Assembly (NCBI GenBank): GCA_951406725.2
Contig: OX597822.1
Location: 40,362,001-40,426,000, forward strand
Source: Octopus vulgaris
Lineage: Eukaryota
Reading direction: 5' to 3'
Length of the DNA stretch: 64,000 nucleotides
Every line of letters begins with the position of its first letter. Position 1 is the stretch's first letter. The notes under the pieces are model-generated. The model worked only from the letters and a program-made list of their open reading frames with translations. It made no database searches and was not told where the DNA came from. This document shows, piece after piece, positions 38,407 to 50,776 of the stretch. The position numbers and the translations under genes are program-made.

Positions 38407-39077
38407 AATATTCGTATTTAAAAATTATATACATCTATAAATTATATAAGAATAAGTAGGTTTTAGCGCCTTTGGCGTCTATTTTCAGCGAGTGGAGAAT
38501 AATTTTGTCAATCCTTTGTTATAATATATATATAATATATGCTAATCGTCAGCCATTTTGAATCTGAATGCTTGAAACTCATAAGTACCAACGAATTTGA
38601 ATCAAACTGTTTTGATTCCTACATGTAACTCCCAATAAATTGTTTGAGTGCCTTTCCTTCGTTTGTCCACCCACTCGGGTGTGTGTATGTGTGTGTGTGT
38701 GCATGTGTGTGTGATCTATGCGTACTCTGTATGCTAACAGGAGAGGATCTAGGTGAGTTCTCGACTATTAGAAGTATCAGCTGAATGATCCTCAAACCAC
38801 GAACCAAAGTATTAAAAAATGGAGAGATGAGCTTGATGCTATGTTAAACAATGTCTAAAATGAATGTCTAGATGGCCACGGTTGAAATATCTATAATTTT
38901 ATGTTTGGCGAATCAAGACTGACCTACGAAGCAACAAATAATTTATTGTTGGTGTGAGGACTAATAAACAAATTACCAATTATTGTTGTTGTTATTATAA
39001 TTATAATAAGAATAATCACCATTAACAATATTGTTTTTTTGTTGTGATTGACCTCTTCTGTTTTTACTTTTTTCTAG

Positions 39078-39272
39078 TTCTGCCACTTTACCAGTAACCC
39101 TGCATTGTTTGGAACATAACTGTGGTGTTGACCCCAGAGTAAGCAGTTTTGTCATCCCCGTTGGAGCCACAATCAACATGGACGGTACCGCACTTTATGA
39201 AGCAGTTGCCGCTCTTTTCATTGCGCAGGTCAACAATTTATCTATGGACTTCGGACAGATTGTAACTATCAG
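39078..39272 (+). CDS. SLC1A: SLC1A/EAAT exon (HP1-TM7; SSATLPVT...[24 protein letters not shown])
   Basis: ttctag acceptor, gtcagt donor. 195 bp, phase 2-2. Carries the Na+/substrate NMDGT motif and the TM7 Glu of K+/H+-coupled EAATs. Confidence 0.98.
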
Positions 39273-39292
39273 GTCAGTATTTGCAAGCCATT

Positions 39293-39337
<45 letters not shown>

Positions 39338-40146
39338 TTGTGTCTGTGTGTGTGTGTGTATGTATGTATGTATGCATGTTACCATGTAGTTAGGGTATTA
39401 GGCTCACGATCGTGAGGTTGCGAGTTCGAATATCCGGCAGCTCGCTGTGTCCTTGAGCAAGACACTTTATTTCACGTTACCCCAGTTCAATCGGCGAGCA
39501 AAATGAGTTGTACTTGTATTTCAAAGGGCCAGCCTTGTCACATTCTTTGTCACATTGAAACTCCCTGAGAACTACGTTAAGTATATTCGTGTCTGTGGAG
39601 TGCCCGTTAATTTCACGCGCAAGCTGTAACGTAGATCAGAGCAACAGGAACCGCCATCATAGTTTGATAACTGTAAAACACAGAAATCTTGGCCTTTATG
39701 TCACTAACATAGCTTTTCAATTAAATAATGTGTTTGTGTTTATAACAGATTTGTATCAGCTATGTTAAATTTGCGTGTATTCATATTTATGCGCTTGTAT
39801 GTTTGTACGTTTGTGTTTTGAAACCGTATCAATAGGAGCAAAATTTATAAGAGAATGAAAGAGGCGGGAAAAAGGAGAAAGTAAGAAATGTATCTGAGAA
39901 GATAAGGCTTCATTTAAATTTTTTATGGCATGTCATAGATGCAAAGTGTTATGTTAAATATATATCGAGCATATTTCAGATAATCATTGGAAAGAAAAAA
40001 AAAATTTTGACAGGGATGCTAAACAACCCATATAAACAGTATATGTGAATTGGTTGTGTAAAAGTTAAGGTTACATGTGATGTAGTTTCGCAGTTGTTTC
40101 TTTAATCAGTTCTTTCATTTAACCTAGAGCCGTTAATGCTCCTTAG

Positions 40147-40221
<75 letters not shown>

Positions 40222-42093
40222 GCAAAAAACCTGGATGTCACATGGAATCTAATTATTAATATAATGCAATATTTTTTTCTCAAGATGAGAATGAAAGAAA
40301 ATAATTGCGAATAGCATAAGAATCTTTAGAAAATCTTGGTAATTAGGAATTGATAAATATTATTGAGAAGCCATCTGGTTACGTCAGACCATTCCTCTCA
40401 TTCACAAATATCTTCGTGATAATACCGAAAAAGGAAGATCAAAAGAATATGTTTTTTTTTTTTAACACAACAGACTAGGCTTAACTGCAATTAAATGAAC
40501 GTCATCGTCGTTACCCACCACCACCACCTAGTACTACTACTGCTAAATAATAATAATAATAATAATCTCAGATACTTATTTAAATGCCGAAATCAGTAAT
40601 ATAGGATAAGCCACAACAAAAATACTAAAATTTGAACACCAGAAAGAAGACAAAGGAGAAGGGTGAGGAGGTTAAGAAAGAGAAGAAAAAGAAGAGAAAG
40701 AAGTCGATAAAGAGAAAGGAAAAGAATAAGAAAGAAGGAGAGAGGGATAGTAAGAAAGTGATGAAGAAAAATCGGCATCTAAAGAACTTTAAAGGTTAAG
40801 AGCCGATTTATTAATAATAAAATGTGATAAAGTTAATATATACGCCAAGAAAAGCTAAAAACAAAATCCAAAAGTGATTACATTGATAACATTAATAACG
40901 GTGCTCTTAAAAAGGGCCATAAAATTGATAATAAAAAGTAAGGAATTGAGAAGGTTACTATCACCTCTCCTTCCCTCGTCGTGTCTCTTTAAAACTAAAA
41001 TCGATTATTTTATCGACTTCACTGAAGTAGCTTTAGATGTCGACATATTTATAGCAGAACTAGCACACTGATACACACACGAACACATACATATTACACA
41101 TGCATGTTCATGTTTACAAACGTAAGAGTGCTCAATACACGTAGTAGACTTTATAATTATTTAGAAAGAGCTAATGATTCACGATGTTGATGATCATTTT
41201 CCATCCACATACGAACACCACCAGTTCTTCAATACAAATAATATGAAAGTGAGCTATTGTTGTCTTGACAGCAGTGTTTCCCAAATCTCGCTCAACAACC
41301 GTAAAGATACACACCATCCAACATCATGATTGTAACTCCAGAAATCTTTTAAATTTCTCATATTGTCTCTCCTTTCTAAAGCGCGGCTATATAGACAAAA
41401 ATAACAGCAGAAGGTACCGGCAGAAACTGTACGTGGATCCAGACAAATATCTTTATACATTTAAGAACAGTTTCAAGTTGCATATAAATTCATTCAGATC
41501 AACGAATAGAGAGAATCAAAACCCTTTGTCGTGATACATCTTGAAATTAAGAGACAGTGGAGTTTAAATTGTTCCTGTAATTGGAATATTTTGACATTGT
41601 ACTCCGATATGCCAGAAGGCACAAACTGAGCTTATCTTTTAATTCAAGTAACTGAGACAGTCACCAGACAACTAAAAAAGATTCGAAATATTGTCGCTAT
41701 GCTGTCAAGAAAGGTAATTTCTATTCCTCCTCAAGAAACTTATTCCTGAAAAATTTCAGAGATTCTCAAAATTTTCAAAGTTATTTTATCCTCTTTGATG
41801 AACAGCAACTAACTGAAGTGCTCTTTCCTAACACAGTGACAAAACATAACAAACAACTGACAACTCTTCTGAGTTGACTGTTAGTGCAAGGGGCTGTCAT
41901 TAGGGCGCGATACAACCTCCTACCTCAATGTTTTGGCCAATAACAGTAGATCCAACTCGTGTTTTATTGCCAGTATATATATAATACATGTATATAAGAC
42001 ACTTGTAGCGTGACAGAGCTCACACGGTAAGAAGCTCTTTGTAACAGAGTGGATCTCTGGTTGCTTCCATTATCCCTGTCACCTTTTGAATGC

Positions 42094-42138
<45 letters not shown>

Positions 42139-42236
42139 GTGTGTGCGAGAGAGAGGGGGGGGGAGAAAGGGAATATTGTATTTCATGAAAATAGTTATTT
42201 CCTTTTAACTGTTTACGCTTCATTCTTTCATTACAG

Positions 42237-42371
42237 CATTACAGCCACTGCTGCCTCTATTGGAGCCGCCGGAGTCCCACAAGCTGGTCTCGTGACCATG
42301 GTTATTGTGCTATCAGCCGTTGGTTTGCCGACCGATGATATCACCCTCATTCTTGTTGTTGATTGGTTCTT
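42237..42371 (+). CDS. SLC1A: SLC1A/EAAT exon (HP2-TM8; [44 protein letters not shown])
   Basis: ttacag acceptor, gtgagt donor. 135 bp, phase 2-2. The HP2 tip AAGVPQAG is of the EAAT1/3/4/5 type rather than the EAAT2 SIPSAG type. Confidence 0.98.
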
Positions 42372-44671
42372 GTGAGTAGCGACTTGTTCTTGATTTCCTT
42401 TCACATACACCACCACCACCTCCATTCTCGTCAGTGCTAACACTAATACCATTGCATGACCTCTACCATTATCAACACTGTCGCCAATACCACCATTGTC
42501 TCTATCAACACAATAACCATCACTATCTTTATCATCATACCTCTACCGACAAAAGCATCACTAGTACCATTGCTAATACCATCACTAGCTTGACTCTCAC
42601 CACCGCAATCACCATCACTACTACAACCAAAGCCAGCACCATAGGCAGTCTCCACCTCTTAAACTTTCACTACCATCCCTACCGTCACAGTAAGACTACT
42701 CAATTCTAAATGTAATGTACAATGTAATGTATATTGTTGATGCATCGTGGTGCTAATCATACCATAACTCCTTAAATTGATCTGTTAATCATTGGCTTTC
42801 TGCTGCATCTCAGTTTGCTGTGTCATACAAGCATTGAAGGCAACAGCAGTAAAATGCAGTTCTATGACCATAAGATGTCGAATGCAGAATCGTCTATTTG
42901 AAAGACGATCAATAAATAACACAAAGTTATTACAGAATAAGCATTCAGAATTGTGAAAATGACTTATGAAACTAGAATGGCGTTTCTGATTACTCTATTG
43001 TTTGCTGAAGTCCTAGGTGCCGTACAGCCTATTCTGTATTCAAATTTCTCTTAAACTTGGCTCCAAAAGATGCAACTGTTTTAAACGTTTTATATAATTC
43101 GAGAATCAAACAAGTTCTTAAGAGATACCAAATGACTGTATGGGATAAACGCACAAGAGCACACAAAAGAATTTTGCCCACCCCTGAGTAGAATATTGTA
43201 AGAATTAGGTAACAATAGACGTCACATGGGATGAGTATTAGTTGAAGTGTCATGTGACCCGCCAGACTCTGAAACCACATTCGTATCTACTTTAAATCGT
43301 CACCATTTTGTTAAAATCTTGAAATTGTTTATAAACATGTGAGTTGGGTTTTTTTTAAAAATTAGCTGTTTGTAATTTTGGGAGATCAGTTGTCTGGTTA
43401 CTTCGCCAAAACGTTAATCCACGTTGAGAAGAGATTTCCATCCGGCAATGATGGTTTCACGTACCCACCTTTTATAAGCACAGTGTTTAAGACATTAGAT
43501 GTAATAACCCCAAAGGTATTCTTCAACCTGCATCATCATTAACTAAACACGCAAATGGATGAACGAAAAAGTGTTTAGCAATTAGCATCAGCTGGCAGCT
43601 GTTGCAGGTAATTCCAGGAAGCAGACACGCCTAAATATCAATAGATATGTTATACCCTAGGAGGAAATAGTTCATTATTCTTTAGGATTTTAAAATTTCT
43701 TGAAACTACAGACTCCAGTTAAAAATGAATTTTCGATTATTCTGCTGCATAATTTAGTTTAGCCGCAACTCTGTGCTGACGAGAAACACAAGCAGTTAAG
43801 AAGATTATGCAACATGTCATCAAGATTAGTAATCTCAATGGGTGCGCCGAAAGAGAGGATGCAATTATATCCAGAATATGTTCCTATCAACAGATGTTCC
43901 TTTTCGATTTAGAAGATTTCAGAACATCTAAGCTTTGCTATGTCAATCGATAAATCCCAAAGACAATCATCGACAGTTGCTGAACAGAGCCTTGATGGAT
44001 GCTACTGTGTTAATGGTTAATTTCATATAAGATCTTCAAGAGTTTGATCCCTCTCTCATAATCTATTTATCCCCTCGTTGGTAAAATGAAAAAAAAATGT
44101 TGTTATACGCCCTGATGTACTGTTATGGCAATGTTTCCAATTCTCAAGCCAGTGATGAGAACAGATCTAATATCATATTAGCAATGGTTAATCACAAAGC
44201 TTAATAGACTTTCTATATCAGTGCATGGATTGCAGTTCCAATATTCGGATGTATGCATTTGCTCTGAGTAATCCAGTTTCTTCACAATACCTCAATGACT
44301 TTATTTCCATAAGTGGTTAAATTCCCGGCACTTCAGTTTCTACTCGTTTATCAAAACATCTTAAGCATTGAACTACATCAATAAACGAAATACTGTATAT
44401 TAGTTCAATTGAACTAAAACAGTTTTTGCATTTGCTTCCTCCTCTATTCTTAGTTAATTCGCTTCAATTGCATTCATGTCATTGACACAATTCAATTGCC
44501 GATTAGACTACTGTTAATATCAAAAGCGTATCTGTAGCACAGTGCTTTATACTGCACACAGTTACAAACGTATTGGAAAATTACATTTCTTATATGAAAG
44601 GTGAGATTTTAAGAGAAATTGGAGGCGCATGGCAGAGACTTCAGAATCAGTCAGTTTATTATTATTATTAT

Positions 44672-45054
44672 TCTTTTAGTCTTTTACTTGTTTCAGTCAT
44701 TAGACTGCAGCCATGCTGGAACACCGCCTTGAAAACGCTTTAGTAGAATGTATCCAAGCCAGGAATTTTAAAGCTTGGTACTTATTCTATCGGTCTCTTT
44801 TGCCGAACCGCTAAACTACGGGGTTGTAAACACACCAGCACCGGTTGACGAGCGGTGGTGGAGGACCAACACAGAAACAAAGATAAGCACACACACACAC
44901 ACAACGGGATTCTTTCAGTTTCCGTCTACTAAATCCACCCACAAGGCTTTGACCGACCCGAGACTATAGTTAAGACACTTGCCCAAGGTGCCACGCAGTG
45001 GGACTGAACCCGGAACCATGTAATCGGGAAGTCAGCTTCTTACCATACAGCCAC
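44672..45054 (-). mobile_element. SINE family A
   Basis: Reverse-complement similarity to 2532-2946, including head and tail. Confidence 0.88.
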
Positions 45055-45734
45055 AAATTTAATAAGCATGTATTCTACAAAAAAGCATTAAGTAGGCTTT
45101 CAGTTTTTCAAATGTAACGTGACATAAAAAAAATATGCATTAATATGTGTGCGTGTATGTGTCTGTGTAAATGTTTGCTGTGTGCCATATTGGGTGTGTA
45201 CACACATGGTAAACAAAAACAACATGAAACCAACAAAAGCATAAGCAATCAATCACAAACAAAAAAAGCACTAAAAACTGAATATAAAATAGAAAATTAA
45301 TAAGACAAGTAAAACAAACCCAAATCAGTTCTAAGCCGCGCGAAGACAGGAATTAAACGAAGAAAAAAAGACCCAAAGCAATATGGCGGAGAAGATACCG
45401 AGATATTGGATGCGGTGATGCCATGATTAAAATGGCTACTGCACGCGTGTTGTGTAATCTCCTTCATAGAGAACTCTCTTTTACCTATCTCTCCTTGTCT
45501 ATCTCGCAGTATTACACACATGTATACACACACACACACACATATATATATGTATATATAGTACTGGGCAGTTTGCAAAGATACTTAGATATTTTAAACA
45601 CCACGTGATGCCAATCGCAGTGAGTGGTCCCATAGAGATATCTGTATCCCTCATCTCCATTAGCTAATGAGACCAGATTCGCTAGCTGTTACCTCTCTTC
45701 ATCTCTCCCTCTGTTTCTTTCTGTCTCTTACTGA

Positions 45735-45776
<42 letters not shown>

Positions 45777-46112
45777 TAGATAGATAGATGCACGATCACA
45801 CACATTTACGTATGTAGGTAGGTACTTTTGTGTGTGTGTGAGTACTCCAAAGGGAAAAGAAATGTTGGTGCAATCAGTGTAAATGTCGAAAGAAATCCGA
45901 TTTCTAAAGATAAGATTAACGTTGAGACTGATCAGTCCATTGAAGCATTGCCTTACATCCTAACATCCGTATAGATAGGTAGATAGATAAACAGATGCAT
46001 ACATACATGACACGATATATACATTCCTGCATATATACACATATGTATGAACGTGCACACCAGATAAATAGGCATACACGCGTACATACATACATACATG
46101 TCATATTTATGC

Positions 46113-46152
<40 letters not shown>

Positions 46153-46438
46153 ATACATACATATTCACACACAAAAATTCCTGCGGCTAGAACAACTGAA
46201 GAAGAGATTTTTCAATTTGAAGTTATTAGAAGTGGTATATATTTTATGTTGTGTAGTTAAACAGAACTTATTCACTGCGCTGACTTTCTAGAAAGAGTTG
46301 AATTGGGGTAAAATAGGTGTAAAAATATATGAATACACATATACAACCATGATTATATGCGTGTGTGTGTGTGTGTGTGAGTAGGATGTTTGAACTGGTG
46401 TAGAGATATTTGTATGTAGAAGTGGTGTACAGATATTG

Positions 46439-46624
46439 AGAAAACGGAGGCAGTCAGAATTTTGGACAATTCTTTATAATAATGCTTTCGTTGGCTAATC
46501 GAACACTTCAAGAGAAAAATTTGAAAACCAAAATTTTTTTGGCTTTATTTTCTTGAAGCGATCGGTTAAACGAACGAAAGCGCTAATAATGAATTATCCA
46601 AATTTCTGACTGCCTCCTTTTTCT
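46439..46624. repeat. Foldback element
   Basis: agaaaacggaggcagtcagaattttggacaattc vs gaattatccaaatttctgactgcctcctttttct. The right arm contains GAAAG-CG-CTA. Confidence 0.85.
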
Positions 46625-46756
46625 ACACACACACACATACACACACACACACACACACATTAATAGTAATGGTAAGACAACAAAAGAATGAAAGAGACCT
46701 CGCTATTATGTAAATAGAGGAATTTATTTGTAATAAAATATGTGACAATTATTCGG

Positions 46757-46831
46757 TTGCCATAATAAAACTCCAAGTTTCGGATGTCGGGGCGGAAACC
46801 TGCATCGGCATCTCTTCAGTTATCAAGGCAA
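46757..46831 (-). ncRNA. Minimal type I hammerhead ribozyme candidate (antisense arm of palindrome)
   Basis: Minus strand: uugccuugauaa-CUGAAGA-gaugccg...cgacaucc-GAAAC-uugga-GUU^uuauuauggcaa. Stem I pairs at 11 of 12 positions, long stem II, near-palindromic stem III. Confidence 0.72.
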
Positions 46832-46854
46832 TTAAAGTATGCAGCATATTTTAA

Positions 46855-46929
46855 TTGTCTCGGTTACTGAAGAAATGCCGATGCAAGTTTCCGCCCCGAC
46901 ATCCGAAACTCAGAGTTTTATCATGGCAA
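46855..46929 (+). ncRNA. Degenerate hammerhead (sense arm of same palindrome)
   Basis: CTGAAGA 46867-46873 ... GAAAC-tcaga-GTT. The first stem II G is changed to A and stem I has three mismatches. Confidence 0.55.
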
Positions 46930-46944
46930 CCGAATAATTGTCAC

Positions 46945-46993
<49 letters not shown>

Positions 46994-47166
46994 CTTTATT
47001 CGTGTATTAAGGCTACCATTAGTTTCATATTGAGAAGAATATTTTAAAAATATTTCAATCTGGTCTCGTGAAGGAATGGTGTTTATCTCCATTTTAGATG
47101 AAAATTGTTAAAATAAGATATTTTTCTAATCATGAAACCAATGGTAGTCTTAATACACAAATAAAG
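46994..47166. repeat. Foldback element with hammerhead 3' half
   Basis: ctttattcgtgtattaaggctaccattagtttcat vs atgaaaccaatggtagtcttaatacacaaataaag (GAAAC-caatg-GTA ... AATAAA). Confidence 0.75.
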
Positions 47167-47460
47167 AAATTTTATCCGTGAATGTGATGTTGACCGTTCA
47201 TTCTCATTGTTCGATATTTACGGATATACATCTCTAGTTAAAATTAGTTGAATGTGCCGCTGTGAGCTGACTCGGTGTCTTTACGTTTGTTTGTCTGCAG
47301 CGAGAAAAAATTTTCTCAAATGACAGAATTACAGTGAATGGCTTTCGCACGGGTTCGAATGTGGGTGAAGCATATTCGAACTGGAAACTAGTTTGTATTT
47401 AAACACGTCACTACTTAACGCAGTCAAACCGTATAATTTTTTCCCAAATAAATTGCACTT

Positions 47461-47507
47461 CATATTCCTTGCACCGATGAAGACACAGAAACAGCTGTAA
47501 GGAAATG
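47461..47507 (+). ncRNA. Hammerhead-like remnant
   Basis: ttcct-tgca-CCGATGA-agacaca-GAAAC-agct-GTA-aggaa. Perfect palindromic stem III (ACAGCTGT), but no real stem II. Confidence 0.4.
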
Positions 47508-47921
47508 AACTTCATAGCATAAACTTCACTTTTGCTGTGTTGTCCTTTTTTCTCTTTTCTCCTGTGTTATGAGAGAGGGATGAATTTTTTTATTGCCTAC
47601 AAGGGGCCAATATAGACGGGACAACACAAAGACATGTGGGGACATATAACACAAAACATAAAATAAAATTACAAATAAAATTATAAAATGATAATATGAA
47701 ATGAAAAATGGAAATGAGCTGCCTTCCCCACTATAAGCAGCATCCCTTACGCTTTTGGAGTCCTTTATTCACGTCGATTCCATATTTATCCAGCAGAACC
47801 TCGTGGATATGATGGATAAAATTATAATTAACTGATCCTCCTGTATTTTCTTTTACCCAAAGCAAGGAACGTTACACGCGCGCAATGCTTATTTATAATT
47901 ACCAACGTTTATCTATATATT

Positions 47922-48124
47922 AAGGGCTGGCAGAAACGTTAGCACGCCGGGCGAAATGCTTAGCAATATTTCGTCTGTCTTTACGTTCTTTCCGCCGAGG
48001 TCGACTTTGGCTTTCATCCTTTCGGGGTCGATGAATTAAGTACCAATTGCGTACTGGGCTTGATCTAATCGACTGGTCCCCTCCACCAAAAATTTCGGGC
48101 TTCATGCCAAGAATAGGAAAGAAT
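47922..48124 (+). mobile_element. SINE family B monomer
   Basis: Family B consensus. Confidence 0.88.
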
Positions 48125-48211
48125 ATATATCTATATTGTGATACTGTAATCATTCTTCTCTTCTCCCATTGTGTGAAACTGAGAGACAGGCAGACAGTTA
48201 TCTGCTTCTTT

Positions 48212-48312
<101 letters not shown>

Positions 48313-48565
48313 GTCTGAGCGCGTGCGTGTGTATAAAATGTATTGAAAAGACGAAGAAGAAAAAATAAGGAACATATGGAGATAATGGAGATTTTAAACA
48401 TCTCTTTTACTCACAAAACAGCCTGTTTTTATATTTAAGTGTTCGCTTGAAGATCATTTTTATTAGAAAACTTTTTTGAGCAGCGATTTGCAGACATTCA
48501 CAATAAGAATATTCTAATTCTTCAATATTTTCTGCTCTCTGTCTGCCTGCCTACCTGACTGTCTT

Positions 48566-48598
<33 letters not shown>

Positions 48599-49115
48599 GT
48601 CTTTGTCTCTCTTCCTCTCTCTCTTATATATCTATATTTACACAATAGTAGTAGTGGTCCCAATATGTGGCATGACAAAACACCAAATTCTGCCGTTATA
48701 GCTCTCCTTACTTCTTTACTGCAGCTAAATGATGGGGCCAAGGAAAAATCTTTCAGGCCTTTCTGAAAGCATTGTCACACTAAAGAAAAAAAAATTACAA
48801 AACGCATTCTTCTGTAAAAAAAACAAAAAACGGCCGACAGTATGTCTTGCCCCAAGAAATCAATTCTCATTTTTCTGTCACGAAAACTAAACTCACCTCT
48901 CATTCGCTTTTCAACCTCATCTCACTCTACATTCATTTTACACACTTTAACTTTCAAATGTGTCTCAATTTTCTGTCGAATATTTCATACGTACTTTAGA
49001 CTTCGATTCACTCCGTTGCCCTGCTGTCATTTTCTGTTCACAATCATCAGTTCCTATATGTCAGACACCACCTCTCAGCCCACACTTTTCTCTCCCCTCT
49101 CTCTCTCTTTCTACC

Positions 49116-49158
<43 letters not shown>

Positions 49159-49250
49159 GTCTCTCTCTCTCCCTCTCTCTCTCTGTCTCTCCCCCTCGTG
49201 TGTCTTCGTCTTCTCCCATTCATGTGTCTTGTATTTCTTTTCTATTGCAG

Positions 49251-49437
49251 AGATCGATTCCGTACCATGATCAATGTCGAAGGTGACAGTTTGGGCGCAG
49301 GAATTGTCTACCATTTGTCCAAACAGGAGTTGGCGGTAGCAGAGAAGGAAGGTGAAGAGGGAGCACTGACCCCTTTCACTGGGATAGACGACAAGAAACC
49401 AAATGGCACGGACAGTGCAGCTATCACAGCAGTGTAG
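49251..49437 (+). CDS. SLC1A: SLC1A/EAAT last coding exon (LDRFRTMINVEGDSLGAGIVYHLSK...AITAV*)
   Basis: ttgcag acceptor. TT+A=Leu keeps the frame. TM8 DRFRT retains the acidic-substrate Arg. TAG stop at 49435-49437. Confidence 0.96.
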
Positions 49438-49809
49438 AGACATTCCTATCATATATGCATAAATATATACACATACATATACACACACGTTCATACACAT
49501 AGACACACACACACGCATACACAGACACTGCCATGCGCACATTAGTATACCAATACGCATACAAACACATACACACACATATATATATATACATGGACAT
49601 ACACAAATGATTGCATCAACGCGCGTACATGCATAAACATTCAGTGGCAAATACGTGGACGCACGCACGCACACGCACGCACAAGGTCATACATTATCAC
49701 TATGCTGAAAAGTACTTTAAACATAAAATGAAAATAGAAAAAAATATAAACAGAAAAAGTAAAACATATATATATAATATATATATAATATATATATATA
49801 ATATATATA

Positions 49810-49859
<50 letters not shown>

Positions 49860-50069
49860 ACTAACAAAAAAAATAGAGGAACATATTAAACTCACGATCG
49901 TTCTAACTTGAAATTTCTTCAGACTCTTACTATTTGTATCACTCCCCTCCCCCTCTCACCAAGTAAATGTCGAACGAGAATACTCAACTAACATAGAAAA
50001 TATCAGAGAAAGCACACATACACACACACACACATACCTACATGCACACACACACTCATATATATGTAT

Positions 50070-50105
<36 letters not shown>

Positions 50106-50428
50106 CGTATATGTATATATGTATGTACGTATGTATGTATACTTAACACTCTTACATAGTGCAGCAAATAATTCGTTACAAATGCGAATGTATTACGACA
50201 GACAGGATTTGAAGAAACCGTTTCAATATTGAAAAATATTCCATTGAATAAAATATAACGGAAAGAGAAGTGTGATGAGAATGATTAATACGATGATGTT
50301 GATGACGATGATAATAATAATGATAATAATAATTATAATAATAATTATAATCATCATGACAATGATAATTATGTGAGTAAATCTCGAAGAGTGAAATTAT
50401 ATTTGAATACCGATTTAAAATTTATTGG

Positions 50429-50465
<37 letters not shown>

Positions 50466-50467
50466 GA

Positions 50468-50745
50468 AAAGGCGGTGAGTCGCAGAAATGGTGGTGCCAA
50501 TGAACTGTATGTTTTGATTTTTGAAAAAAATATTTGGTTGTGTTTCTTTACAGTTTGAATCCAAATAGCCGCCATGTTTTTCTTTGCCTTTCATTCCTTT
50601 GCGGCGGTTTACTATATAAGTACCAGTAAAGTACGGGGGTCGTTTGATCACCAATAAATTTCCCCAAACAAAGGTGTGTATTTGTGCCTATATTAGATAT
50701 AATTTATTATTATTATTATTTTTATTATTATTATTATTATTATTA

Positions 50746-50776
<31 letters not shown>

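Larger units (their letters stand above)
46737..46949. repeat. 213-bp palindrome carrying two divergent hammerhead motifs
   Basis: aatatgtgacaattattcggttgcc... vs ...ggcaaccgaataattgtcacatatt. Centre at 46843, followed by (TA)n. Confidence 0.92.

Noticed and set aside
41272-41285. hAT-type TIR cagtgtttcccaaa
   Set aside because: No matching inverted end or 8-bp TSD found.
43600-43900. Transposase remnant (NGCAER, reminiscent of NDxAER motifs)
   Set aside because: Single short motif amid stops and frameshifts, with no TIRs identified.
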